Shown here in pieces: positions 22,601-32,089 of a stretch of 64,000 nt of DNA. The first letter of the stretch is position 1; the number at the start of each line of letters is the position of its first letter. The stretch is from NCBI GenBank assembly GCA_963850305.1, contig CAWKKR010000007.1, positions 1-64,000 of the forward strand, in the 5' to 3' direction. Source of the DNA: an uncultured delta proteobacterium. Its GTDB lineage: Bacteria > Myxococcota_A > Polyangia > Polyangiales > Polyangiaceae. A program made the position numbers and the translations under genes. Below the pieces are notes generated by a model that had not been told where the DNA came from, ran no database searches, and worked only from the letters and a program-made list of their open reading frames with translations.

Positions 22601-23628
22601 TCGGAGCGGAGGCTCTCGCGACCGCGTGCACCGCGGACGCCGAGTGCGCGAGCGGCCATTGCGCGGACGGTGTGTGCTGCAACGACGTGTGCGACGGACA
22701 ATGCGCGTGGTGCGCCAATCCGAGTAACCCCGGCACGTGCGAACCGACGCCCGCGGGACAACCGCCGAAGGGCACCCGCAGCGCATGTTCCGGCAGTGGC
22801 GCGTGCGCTGGACAATGTGACGGCGCGACGCTCGCGGCGTGCGTGTATGCCGGCAATGCAACGCAATGTGCGCCCGCGACGTGCGTGAACGACTCGATCC
22901 TCACCGCGAGCACGTGCGACACCGCAGGCGGCTGCGCCGCCGGCGCGCTCCAAGACTGCGGCAGCTTCACCTGCGACCCGACCGCAGGCGCGTGCAAGAC
23001 GGCGTGCACGACGAAGACCGACTGCCGTCTCGGCGCAGTCTGCGACACGACGTCAGGCACGGGCGTGTGCAACGCGGCAGGCGCGACGTGCCCGGACGCG
23101 TACAGCGTGAAAGCGTCCGACGGCACGACGAGCTCGTGCAACGGCTACCAATGCGTGGCCGGCGCGTGCCAGCAACAGTGCAGCACGAGCGCCGATTGCG
23201 CGCCGAGCTACGACTGCACGAACAGCTCGTGCGTCGCGACGGGCACGGGTGCCGGCGGAGGCCCTGCGACAGGCACCGGCGGTGCCACGTCGACGAGCAC
23301 TGGCGGAACGTCGACGACGAGCTCCACTGGCGGCGCCACCACGAGCAGCGGGGGCACCACCAGCGTCGGCTCTGGCGGCGCGTCCGCGACGAGCACCGGC
23401 GGCACGCCGACGACGAGCGCCGACGCGGGAGCCCAACCCCCAACCGGCACTGGCGGCAAAGCGGGCGATGCGACGTCGAAGGACGCGGGCGGATGCGGGT
23501 GCCGAGTGTCCAATGGGACCGACTCTCGTGGGAGTTACGCGGCCGTCTTTGCGGCGCTTGCGCTGATCGGGTTGCGTCGTCGTGAACGTTCCCGTCGGCG
23601 TGGCGTCGCGTCGATAAGGTCCCACTGA
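19647..23628 (+). CDS. Large surface protein with FG-GAP propeller repeats, Cys-rich repeats and a MYXO-CTERM-type tail; one frameshift near 20900
   Basis: Repeats of FGxSVALSADGxTALVGA and GAAYVF; repeated CxDGVCCxxxC; Thr/Gly linker; GGCGCRV followed by a TM helix and an Arg-rich end. Confidence 0.88.
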
Positions 23629-23851
23629 TGCTTCAGGATCGTCTCGATGCGGGTCGCGAGGCGTGGGGTGACGGCGTCGACCTCGACCACCTCGAGCTTT
23701 GGCCGCAACGCGCGGATGACGACGCTCGGCGGAGGTCCAAGGTCTGCGCCCGCGGGCGCAGCGCGTTCGCGGTGTGGCTCGACGGCTGCGAACTGCGCGC
23801 GCGACGCCTTGAGCCGCACGACGCAGACTAGTAATACATGATTCGGGATGT

Positions 23852-24502
23852 ATGGCCGGACGACTCGAGCTTAGACCTAGCGTCACCGCCAAGCGCACAG
23901 AGTCCGTTTCCTTCCGGAATCAGTGCTCGCATTGCGGCAACCGGTACGAGGGCACCGTCACGGTGCAAGGCTCCGACACCGACTATATCGAAGGCGCGCA
24001 TTCGCCGGAGCGAGCGCGCGCAACCGCGGAGGCGAAAGCTCACGACAATGTGATGAAAGAGGCACGCGCTGTCGTTCGACTCGTGCGGTGCCCGTCGTGT
24101 GGCCGGCACGCGCCGGTCAGTGCGTGGCACCTGTTCTGGCTTTCGGTTCTAGGGCTCGCTTCCTTTGTCGCGCCGATCCTCTGGTTCGTGGATTTCGCGA
24201 TGATCGCTAACCGAATCAAGCGTGGGCACACCGCCGCGAACGCCGCGGTGCGGGCAGCCGTCGAGACGCCGTCGCCATTGGCAGGTATCGCGTCGGCCAC
24301 CGTCGTTGACGAAGTGCATGCCCCGCTCGGGGAAGGCACGGTGCCCGAACCGCTGGCGTTTCTGTCGCTCGATACCGAACACGGGACGACCGCGTGGTCG
24401 GAAACGTCGGCCTTCGCGAACGCTTTCTACAGCGTGGCACCGGGACTCTTTGTCCTTCTTATCGTGCTTCTTTGCATCTCCCGCACGCAGGGCGGCCGAT
24501 GA
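23852..24502 (+). CDS. Hypothetical membrane protein with a Zn-ribbon (CSHC...CPSC)
   Basis: Two CxxC pairs and two hydrophobic segments. Confidence 0.65.
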   Translation: MAGRLELRPSVTAKRTESVSFRNQCSHCGNRYEGTVTVQGSDTDYIEGAHSPERARATAEAKAHDNVMKEARAVVRLVRCPSCGRHAPVSAWHLFWLSVLGLASFVAPILWFVDFAMIANRIKRGHTAANAAVRAAVETPSPLAGIASATVVDEVHAPLGEGTVPEPLAFLSLDTEHGTTAWSETSAFANAFYSVAPGLFVLLIVLLCISRTQGGR

Positions 24503-24601
24503 CCCAAGACCAGCGGAGCCACGACCCCGTCGAGATCAGACCCAGGACGCGATTGTCGGGGCCGCGTGGCGCTGGCTACCCGCCCCCGCGGCGGAGTTCG
24601 A

Positions 24602-25051
24602 CTACTTCGCTCGTCCTTTCACGATCATCGCGACGGACCGGCCTTGCGCACGGAGGCTCAACACTTTCGCGTCTGGCGGCGCCACCAAATCGGATGGGTA
24701 ATCCCCGCAGATCATCAAGATGATCGATCCCGGCCACGTCGCCGCGTACGTTTCGAGCAGACGTATCGCGCGATCCCTTTCGGTGACCTTCGTGAGGTGG
24801 GCCCTCACCTCAATCAGTATGTCGCGCACGATGAGGTCCACTTCACGGTCGGCGACGTTCACGCCCCTACGCACGTCGAAGCCGAGTGTCGCGAGGTAGT
24901 CTGCGATCTCGGCCTCGTACGCCAGCTCGTCAGCGCAACGCTTGTGCGGCCAAGCTTCGAGGGCGGCGAATAGCGGATGCCCATGTGCGTGCCTTGAGAG
25001 TCCGAGGCCAGCGAGCCCGAGCAACGCACAGAAGTCCCGACGGTTAATCAT
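24602..25051 (-). CDS. Tat-signal protein with a PD-(D/E)XK-like fold
   Basis: MINRRDFC plus a hydrophobic stretch and AHG; then YEAEI...EVDLIV..ILIEVR...LLETY. Confidence 0.7.
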   Translation of the reverse strand: MINRRDFCALLGLAGLGLSRHAHGHPLFAALEAWPHKRCADELAYEAEIADYLATLGFDVRRGVNVADREVDLIVRDILIEVRAHLTKVTERDRAIRLLETYAATWPGSIILMICGDYPSDLVAPPDAKVLSLRAQGRSVAMIVKGRAK

Positions 25052-25398
25052 CGGTGTTCTCCTTCGTCGCGAGCCTCTCGAGCTCGTCAATCCGAGCGGT
25101 CATGAAGGCGCGCAGACACGCGATCGAGCAGAGGTACAGATCGAATTGGCCACATGGTTCGGCGTCCACGATTATCACCTCCGGCGTCATCTCTTGGTGC
25201 CACACCAGGCTGAAATCCGATCGCCTCGTGCGCGTGGAACATCTCGGCACGGCCCGTCGCGGGGTCCCACACGCGCCCCGGTTGCGATCCGACGACTCGC
25301 ATCGCGCCGCCCGTCATGATAGCTTGGGCGGCCCCGAGCGGACCTCCACAATGCTCGCATCGAGAGCGACGGGCGCGTTTTACCCGGCTCACGTTCAT
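25044..25398 (-). CDS. Small Zn-finger-like hypothetical protein, one frameshift
   Basis: N-terminal CEHC and C-terminal LCSIACL lie in different frames; overlaps both neighbours. Confidence 0.6.
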
Positions 25399-25577
25399 CG
25401 CGAGATCCGGCTGGCGCCGACGAGCCACGGCAGCATCCGCGCGATGTTGCGTGCGTCGTCGATGCCGCGGTGATGCGCGCCTTCGAGCTCGAGGCCGCAG
25501 AGCTTCAGTGCCTCGGCCATGCCGGGCTTTTTCTTGAGTCCCTGCACGCTCGTGAACTCCGTCTTCAGGGTGGTCAT
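25395..25577 (-). pseudogene. C-terminal fragment of a DEDDh 3'-5' exonuclease (ERI1/KapD-like)
   Basis: GMAEALKLCGLELEGAHHRGIDDARNIA matches the ExoIII motif; ExoI and ExoII are missing. Confidence 0.8.
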
Positions 25578-25969
25578 GGCGACGGATCCCGGCGTCGCAG
25601 CCGTTCGATGCTCTCGATCGCGCGCTGCATCCGGGCGCGACCGACGCTATTGGCCGAATGGATGTGGAGCGTCGGCGGCTCGAACCCGCGCAACGCGACT
25701 TGTTCCTCGATCCAACACGCGACGGTGTACCCGGTCCCGTGCTTCTCGTCGTCGCCAAGGTCGTGGTCGAGGCTGATCTCGACGACGCCGCCCACCTCGA
25801 GCAGTGCGATGGCCTCGTGCGCGGTGAACACGCGCGTCCAGCCGTCAGGCGCGTCGCGGACGTCGTCGAGCCAGACTCGGATGCCTTCGACCTGAATCCA
25901 TCTATCGTTTCTCCCCGGCGCGCCAGCGACGCAGTGCGTCCGTCGAGATCGGGACGCATCATGGACCAT
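25574..25969 (-). CDS. Cyclic-phosphate-processing receiver (cREC-like) domain protein; start uncertain
   Basis: VWLDDVR, ISLDHDLG, TGYTV and IHSANSVG motifs. Confidence 0.85.
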   Translation of the reverse strand: MVHDASRSRRTHCVAGAPGRNDRWIQVEGIRVWLDDVRDAPDGWTRVFTAHEAIALLEVGGVVEISLDHDLGDDEKHGTGYTVACWIEEQVALRGFEPPTLHIHSANSVGRARMQRAIESIERLRRRDPSP

Positions 25970-26021
25970 GGATAGACGCGGGCTCGTGGGTGATTATTCA
26001 CGCGATTGCCGTGCGTAGAGA

Positions 26022-26576
26022 TCAGATTCGACTCCCGCAATCGTCAACGTCCGGCCAGCGCCCAGCCAACTTCAACTCCGCTTCAATACGAGAGTCCATC
26101 GTCGCCTTCAGCTCGCTGTAGCCGGCATCCGCGGAACTGAATCCCTTTGCGTCACGCCGGTCTTCCAACACGCCGTCATATCCTGTGCCTTCGTGTCGAA
26201 CGTGGTTGCGGGCGTGCCTCCGGCAGCATGCCGGTGTGTTCGCCGGGATGCTGATCCCTAGCGTTTGCCCGAGTGCGGCAACTTGTCGACCGAAAGCCCG
26301 CAGCGCCGCGCCTGCTGTGGCCTGTTTCCGCAGTTTGGAGAGAACAACAGGGTCGGGATGCTCCCGATTCGGCAGTGGCAGCCCCGCGCCGAGTCTCTGG
26401 GCATCGTCGAGCGAATAAAGATAGCTGACGATATCTCCTCTGTTACGAACGTGCCGTCGCAACACCGAGACTGGGACCAGTCGCTTCCGTATCTTCGATA
26501 CGCTGCATTTGGCCACTTTCGCAGCGTCGTCAGCCGTCCCCGTCGGGTCGGTGGGATCGAGCGGCGGCGTCTTCAT
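26022..26576 (-). CDS. Hypothetical protein with a DUF2293-like C-terminal motif
   Basis: NHVRHEGTGYDGVL resembles the HxRHxxTxYD signature; AGGAAGGA RBS. Confidence 0.55.
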   Translation of the reverse strand: MKTPPLDPTDPTGTADDAAKVAKCSVSKIRKRLVPVSVLRRHVRNRGDIVSYLYSLDDAQRLGAGLPLPNREHPDPVVLSKLRKQATAGAALRAFGRQVAALGQTLGISIPANTPACCRRHARNHVRHEGTGYDGVLEDRRDAKGFSSADAGYSELKATMDSRIEAELKLAGRWPDVDDCGSRI

Positions 26577-26811
26577 CGAATTCCTTCCTGCCGTGGTACG
26601 TCGCTCGCGTGTTGTTCTTCCCGTCACCGGACGTCGTGCCACCGACCCGTGCGCGATGTGCTTATTCAGGGATGGGGCGCCGCTCTTCTCCAAAGCGCTC
26701 GCCGCTCCGCATGTTCGGTTCAGCGCGAGTAGGAAACGCCGACGGTTAGCCCCGTTTGAAGAACTGCGGCTTCAATCGTTCACGACTCTACGACCGGGCC
26801 CTTGGCGCTAC

Positions 26812-27591
26812 TCACGGTGCTGCTCCGGCGCCCGGCGCACATCCCGCTTGGGATATCGTTCCGCCGAGGTTGGCGCTCCAGGGCCCATTCCCACCGTAAA
26901 TGGGCTCGGGGTTCGCCATCCCCGGCTCGTACACCTTCCACGTGCCGGTGAACGAGTGCTTCACCTTGTCGTACGTAGCGACGAAGGGCCCGTTGAAGGT
27001 TCCAGCCGGTGGCCCGATCACGATGCCGAGCCAATAGCTGCCGTTCGAGAGCTCGCCGTTTACCAGCTCCAATTTCGTGCAATCGAGCGTGCCGGATATG
27101 TCCGCGCTAAAGGGAAAATCCCCGTTGAGCAAGCCGCAGAGCGTACCTCCGGTGATCGTGAAGAACTCGCCGTCGGCAGATGGGGCGAGCGTCAGCTCCA
27201 GGTTACCGGCGGCGGGAATCGGAGTGCCCACGAACGTTAACCCCGATGAGTAAAGGCCGGAGAAGGAGCCTGTGTACCGGCCCGACTCGCACGCCCCGAC
27301 AATGCCCCCGTCGGATCCGCTCGTCGCGCCGCCGACGCCGGTGCCCCCGCCACTGTTCGTCGCTCCGTCGGTGCTCGTCGTGCCGCCCGTGGCGGTGCCC
27401 CCGCCGGTCGCGTTGTTGCCGCCGCCACCGGACGCGCCACTTCTTCCGCCAGAGCCGCCTCCGCCGTTGCTCTGCGCGCCCATCCCGGCGTCGACCGCAC
27501 CGCTGCCCCTGATCGTCCAGTCGCTTTGCAACGCGGGGCAGCCCACGAGGGCGAAGGGCAACGTGAGGACGACGGGCAGCCAGGCGCGCAT
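26812..27591 (-). CDS. Lipoprotein B (Gly/Thr linker plus a beta-rich domain)
   Basis: Signal and lipobox LVGC followed by PALQSDW. Confidence 0.85.
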   Translation of the reverse strand: MRAWLPVVLTLPFALVGCPALQSDWTIRGSGAVDAGMGAQSNGGGGSGGRSGASGGGGNNATGGGTATGGTTSTDGATNSGGGTGVGGATSGSDGGIVGACESGRYTGSFSGLYSSGLTFVGTPIPAAGNLELTLAPSADGEFFTITGGTLCGLLNGDFPFSADISGTLDCTKLELVNGELSNGSYWLGIVIGPPAGTFNGPFVATYDKVKHSFTGTWKVYEPGMANPEPIYGGNGPWSANLGGTISQAGCAPGAGAAP

Positions 27592-27592
27592 C

Positions 27593-27720
27593 CTAGAACC
27601 TCCCGGCGACCCCCGCCGACGCGGGTCCGACCCACATGCCCGTCGCTGTCGCGTTGCGTGCCCTCGGTGTCGTCAACCAGAAGGCTGCGCCACCCGCGAC
27701 GCCGAGCGGGCGGCGAGGTG
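27593..27720 (-). pseudogene. Orphan 3' end of a paralogue of the 29531..30385 gene
   Basis: Translates LGVAGGAAFWLTTPRARNATATGMWVGPASAGVAGRF*, against LGVAAGAVLWLTAPKAASTMTARVWVGPASAGIAGRF* in the intact gene. Confidence 0.9.
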
Positions 27721-27763
27721 CGATTCGTTGGGCTTCGAGAAGCTGACCTGTTTGCGGGTTTTG

Positions 27764-29530
27764 TCATGGGCACGTCAGTGTCGCTGCGTGGGTCACGATC
27801 TGCACTCGGCCACCACCACCGCCGCCGCCCGAGCCGTCCAGGTTCGCACCGGTCGCGGCGCGGGTGCCGTTCGAGCCAGACGCCGACGCGACGCCGCAGT
27901 CGTTCCCCGAACACAGACCGCCGGTGGCGCCGACCGCTCCGTTGATGTCCGGCGCGGCACCACCCGAGGCGGCCGTGTCGTCCCCTGCGTGACCGTTCGT
28001 TCCGGAGTTGCCAGCACCGTTGACACCGCGCGACAATCCCGAGCCGCCGCCATGAGCTCGTGCGGCGCCGTTCGTGCCGAACGTCGCCACGGCGGGCGCA
28101 ACGAGCGAAAATCCCGCCGCCGCTACCGGCGCCGCCGCTACCGGAATTCTCACCCGCGGTGCTCGCGTTCGTCGCTCCGGCTGAAATCCACCAGCTGCAC
28201 TGAGGATGCCCGTCGTCGAACTGGTGTCACCGCTGTGACCGATCGTGATGGTCCCGGATGCGCTGATCTCGAACGCGCCGCCACCGGCGCCGCCCGGGTA
28301 GTTGAGGGCGGCTCCACCGGTACCTCCCGAACATCCACCGCGCAGGGGTTGGAGGTCGGTTCCCGAGCTCACGACCCCGCCCTCGCTCCCGCTGGTGCCG
28401 TCTATCTTCGCGCCGTCGCCGCCAGGCGTCCCGAAGCCACCACCGCCTCCGCCCGTGCTGGTCGCACCCGAATTGGTGCCCGTCGAGCCGGTGCACTGCG
28501 CAGCGATGCTACCGCCGGGACCCGCTGTCGTGCCCACCGCGCTCGCATCGATCTTCCCGCCCGTATCGACCACCACGCCTCCTGCCACCAGGAGGATGAT
28601 CGGCTTGTCGCCGCTGAGCTGGAGGACGTGGTTGTTGCTCACTGTGAGCCCTCGGAGCCGCACCACCATCACGTTCGGGCCGCCCGTGGACTGCGCTACG
28701 TTGTTCGTGAAGTCGAGCGTCCTGAGAGTGCAGCTCGTGCTGGTGATCGTGCCCGCGCTCGAGTCGATTGTCGTCGTGCCCGCGGCGTTGCAGTTCCACG
28801 TCGGCGACGTCGGAAAGCTCGCCGCCCACTGCGACACATCGACGTTCACCGACGGCGGGAGATATGATGGGCACACACAAGAGCCGCCGGAGCAATTGAA
28901 GGTCGCGCAATCGGTGCCGGCTATGCAAGCTTGACCGATGGGGCAGGTCGAGCAGCCGCCGCCGCAGTCGATGCCGGTCTCGGTGCCGTCCTTGATCCCG
29001 TTCGTGACGCAAACGGGCGCGGTGCACACTCCCTGGAGACAGTTTGCGATCTGACAATCCGCGTTGACATTGCACGTCTGTCCATTCGCGCAGGTCGGGC
29101 ACGTCTCGCCGCCGCAGTCGACGCCACTCTCGTTCTCATTCTTCACGCCGTCGGTGCAAGTAGGGCTCACGCAGGTTCCCGCGGCGCACTGATACGAGCA
29201 TCGACTGTCGTCGACCCAGGTGCCATCATTCTGACAAGTCCGCGGCACGAGCCCCGCTCCCGCCTCGCCCCCGCCGAGACAATCTTTCGTCTTAGGCACA
29301 CATTCACTGGCTCCTGAGTCCTTGCCGCCCGAGCCGCCACTCGATCCCGACGAGCTGCCACTGCCTCCACTACCGGCGCCGGAGCTGCCCCCGGCAGCTT
29401 GGGCCCTGTGGCCGTCAACGGAAGCATCGCCCGCACCCGCTCTGCCGGCTACGCTCCAGTCGCTGAGCAACGCGGGGCATCCCGTGAGCGCAACGGAGAG
29501 TACGAGCGTGATCGCGAGCGAGGCGCGCAT
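27764..29530 (-). CDS. Lipoprotein A (Cys-rich CxDGxKNxxExxVDCGG repeats plus a Gly-rich domain)
   Basis: Lipobox LTGC followed by PALLSDW; two DCGG repeats; GGGGG-rich C-terminal half. Confidence 0.88.
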   Translation of the reverse strand: MRASLAITLVLSVALTGCPALLSDWSVAGRAGAGDASVDGHRAQAAGGSSGAGSGGSGSSSGSSGGSGGKDSGASECVPKTKDCLGGGEAGAGLVPRTCQNDGTWVDDSRCSYQCAAGTCVSPTCTDGVKNENESGVDCGGETCPTCANGQTCNVNADCQIANCLQGVCTAPVCVTNGIKDGTETGIDCGGGCSTCPIGQACIAGTDCATFNCSGGSCVCPSYLPPSVNVDVSQWAASFPTSPTWNCNAAGTTTIDSSAGTITSTSCTLRTLDFTNNVAQSTGGPNVMVVRLRGLTVSNNHVLQLSGDKPIILLVAGGVVVDTGGKIDASAVGTTAGPGGSIAAQCTGSTGTNSGATSTGGGGGGFGTPGGDGAKIDGTSGSEGGVVSSGTDLQPLRGGCSGGTGGAALNYPGGAGGGAFEISASGTITIGHSGDTSSTTGILSAAGGFQPERRTRAPRVRIPVAAAPVAAAGFSLVAPAVATFGTNGAARAHGGGSGLSRGVNGAGNSGTNGHAGDDTAASGGAAPDINGAVGATGGLCSGNDCGVASASGSNGTRAATGANLDGSGGGGGGGRVQIVTHAATLTCP

Positions 29531-30385
29531 TCAGAACCTCCCCGCGATCCCCGCGGACGCGGGTCCGACCCATACCCGCGCCGTCATCGTGCTGGCCGCC
29601 TTTGGCGCGGTCAGCCAGAGCACCGCGCCGGCCGCGACGCCAAGCCCGCCGACGAGGTAACCCACGGTCGAAACCGTTCGCCACGTGTGGAATGAGTCGA
29701 GGTCGTTGGCGTAGACGGGTGGGCAGGTGCCGGCGGTGTTGTCGCAGAGGTTCGAAAGCGATGAGTGCTTCGATCCAGCGACGAGACCCGCAGTCACGCC
29801 GAACAGCAACCCCGCACCGCCGACTCCGAACGCCACCCAGGCGAGAGTCGGCGGTCCAGCCGATTCTGCCGGTGCTTCGCCGGTAGGTGGTGAACTCGTG
29901 CCCGCGATCTGCGCCTGCTCAGCACGAGCCATGATCACCACCTCGCGCCGTTGCTTTACTCCCTCGACCAGGACAAGACGCTTTTCGATCTTCTTCAGCC
30001 CCGGCGCTTCGAAAGTGAACGTGTGCTCGCCAGGGTCGAGCTCGACAGCGGTGCCCGCGATATCGCCCTCGCCCGCGACGGACATCATTACGCCCGGCAC
30101 GGCATTGCCGGCCGAGTCCTTGACCTCGAACACGACCGACGGCATGGCCTTCGCGATCTCGTCCAGACGCTGCGCGCAGTCCTCTCGGATCGGCCCTGGG
30201 CAAGCGTCCGAGACGCAGAGCAGCAGCTTGTCGCGTGCTTCGTGGAGCTTGTTCGCTTCCCGCAGATACTGCTCGGCTTCATTCGCGGCGATGCACTGCT
30301 GCTTCGTGGGCGGTGCCGCGTACGCCGTCGCCGACGTGAGCATCGCGGAGAGCACGAGGATCCCTGGACCACGGTTCACAAGCAT
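29531..30385 (-). CDS. Secreted/envelope protein with a helical N-terminus, PEGA-like domain, hydrophobic hairpin and terminal Phe
   Basis: Signal ending AYA, CIAANE...CVSDAC...C, VELDPGEHTFTFEAPG, two hydrophobic segments, ends GIAGRF. Confidence 0.85.
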   Translation of the reverse strand: MLVNRGPGILVLSAMLTSATAYAAPPTKQQCIAANEAEQYLREANKLHEARDKLLLCVSDACPGPIREDCAQRLDEIAKAMPSVVFEVKDSAGNAVPGVMMSVAGEGDIAGTAVELDPGEHTFTFEAPGLKKIEKRLVLVEGVKQRREVVIMARAEQAQIAGTSSPPTGEAPAESAGPPTLAWVAFGVGGAGLLFGVTAGLVAGSKHSSLSNLCDNTAGTCPPVYANDLDSFHTWRTVSTVGYLVGGLGVAAGAVLWLTAPKAASTMTARVWVGPASAGIAGRF

Positions 30386-31905
30386 TGGGTCTTCCAGTGT
30401 CGATGCCCCGTCGAGTCGACGGTGTACGGCAGCGTGCAGTCGAGCTTCGCTGGTGTCGGCGCCGGCACGGGCCGTGGTGGCGACGCGACGTGCACCGGCT
30501 GCGGAGGCGATGGTGGCGGGAGTGCAGGCGCGTTGACGGTGGCTACTGTCGGCAGGTCAGCGACCTCGAAAACATGCGGCTTCGCCGTCGCCGCTACCGC
30601 TGGGGGTGCCGTCGGTAGTGGTGACGCGCTCGGTACGCTCGACGCTGCGGACACCGGCGCCATCGGACCGCTCGATGTGGCGGAGGTGCTCGTAGACGAC
30701 CGCGTGGACAACGCCGCGAAGCCAACGCCGAAGAGACCGAGCGCCGCAGCAGCGACCACGAGCGCGAGCCGCCGGCCTCTCCACGAGAGCAGAGCAGGCG
30801 CGCCAGCGGAAAGTCCTGGTGCCGAATTAGCAACCGGTTGCGCTGTCGTCGGTAGTCGAGTCACCACTTCGACCTGCGCGTTAGCCAGGGTGCGATTTGG
30901 CACCGTCTCGGGAACCGTGAGCCTCGGCTTCGTCGAGATTTGCGCTCCGTGGCGGTTTACATACGCCCGTCGAACGGCTTCCTGCATACTGCCGGCATCG
31001 GGCCAGCGTCGCTCGCGCTCGAAGCGGAGCGCTTTGTCGATGACGTAGCAGACCGCGGGCGAGATCGTTGGCGCCACCGACGCCAGCGACGGCGCTGAAC
31101 TCGTCATGGCGGCGAGTAGCACCTCGTTCGCAGTCTCGGCGTCGTGCACCATTCGACCGGAGAGCAACTCGAACATCGTCGCGCCCACGGCCCAGAGATC
31201 GCTGCGCCCATCCACCTCGTCCCATCGCCCTCGCGCCTGCTCGGGGGGCATGTAGTGCGGCGTGCCCATGGTCGCGCCGCTCCGAGTTGCCGTGCTCGCG
31301 GTGGATGAGAGCTCCCGAAGGCGAGCGATACCGAAGTCCAAAACCGTGACGCGCCCGTCGCGCGTCAAGAAGACGTTCTCGGGCTTGAGGTCCCGGTGCA
31401 CGATGCCCTTCGCGTGCGCGGCCACGAGCACGTCGAGAATCTGGTCGGCGACGGAGAGCACCTCGTCCTCGGAGAGCGTCCCGCCGAGTCGCTTGCGGCG
31501 GCCCTCAAGCGTTTCGCCGTCGAGCAGCTCCATCACGAAGAATGCAGCGCCGTCTTCGGCAACGTCGTCGTCGGCGACCTTCACCGCACCATCGTGCGCG
31601 ACGGCGTTCGCGACGTAGCCCTCGCGCAGGAAGCGCTGACGCACTTGCGCGTTCATCGATAACTCCGAGTGCAAGATCTTGATCGCGACACGGCTCCCGT
31701 TGCGGTGGGTCGCAGCGTAAACGGCCGCCATACCGCCAAGGCCAAGGAGGACGTCGAGGCGCCACTTCTGGCGGATCACCTGTCCGACGCGTTGGCGCGC
31801 CCGCGCTGCGAGCGGGTCGGGTAGCTGCGTCAGGTCGTCGTCATGCTCCGTCGCCGTCATCCTCGGAGCCTTGTCGACCGATTCATTAGGGAGCTCCGCC
31901 GGCAA
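30376..31905 (-). CDS. Membrane-anchored Hanks-type Ser/Thr protein kinase
   Basis: GLGGMAAV, VAIK, HRDLKPEN, DFG, GTPHYMPPE, a TM helix and a Pro-rich tail ending in a Cys pair. Confidence 0.96.
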   Translation of the reverse strand: MPAELPNESVDKAPRMTATEHDDDLTQLPDPLAARARQRVGQVIRQKWRLDVLLGLGGMAAVYAATHRNGSRVAIKILHSELSMNAQVRQRFLREGYVANAVAHDGAVKVADDDVAEDGAAFFVMELLDGETLEGRRKRLGGTLSEDEVLSVADQILDVLVAAHAKGIVHRDLKPENVFLTRDGRVTVLDFGIARLRELSSTASTATRSGATMGTPHYMPPEQARGRWDEVDGRSDLWAVGATMFELLSGRMVHDAETANEVLLAAMTSSAPSLASVAPTISPAVCYVIDKALRFERERRWPDAGSMQEAVRRAYVNRHGAQISTKPRLTVPETVPNRTLANAQVEVVTRLPTTAQPVANSAPGLSAGAPALLSWRGRRLALVVAAAALGLFGVGFAALSTRSSTSTSATSSGPMAPVSAASSVPSASPLPTAPPAVAATAKPHVFEVADLPTVATVNAPALPPPSPPQPVHVASPPRPVPAPTPAKLDCTLPYTVDSTGHRHWKTQCL

Positions 31906-32089
31906 TTCGAGCTTTCACGACCATGGCGATTGGACGGCTTTCTCCGAGAACGCCCATTCCGGCTCTTCTCGGCCCCTCGTCTGACGGGTGAGTGCGAAGA
32001 AATATCCATTCGAATGGGTACTATTTCTAACATTCTACCCGGTTCAATGGGTTTCTCGCAACGACGCCCCGTGGCGCCCTTTCCACAGC

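Noticed and set aside
23535..23841. Small ORFs on both strands after the FG-GAP gene
   Set aside because: Neither strand gives a recognisable motif or a clear RBS, so the coding strand cannot be chosen.
23628..26700. Integron-like cassette array of small genes
   Set aside because: The genes overlap one another, no attC-like repeats were seen, and no integron integrase is present.
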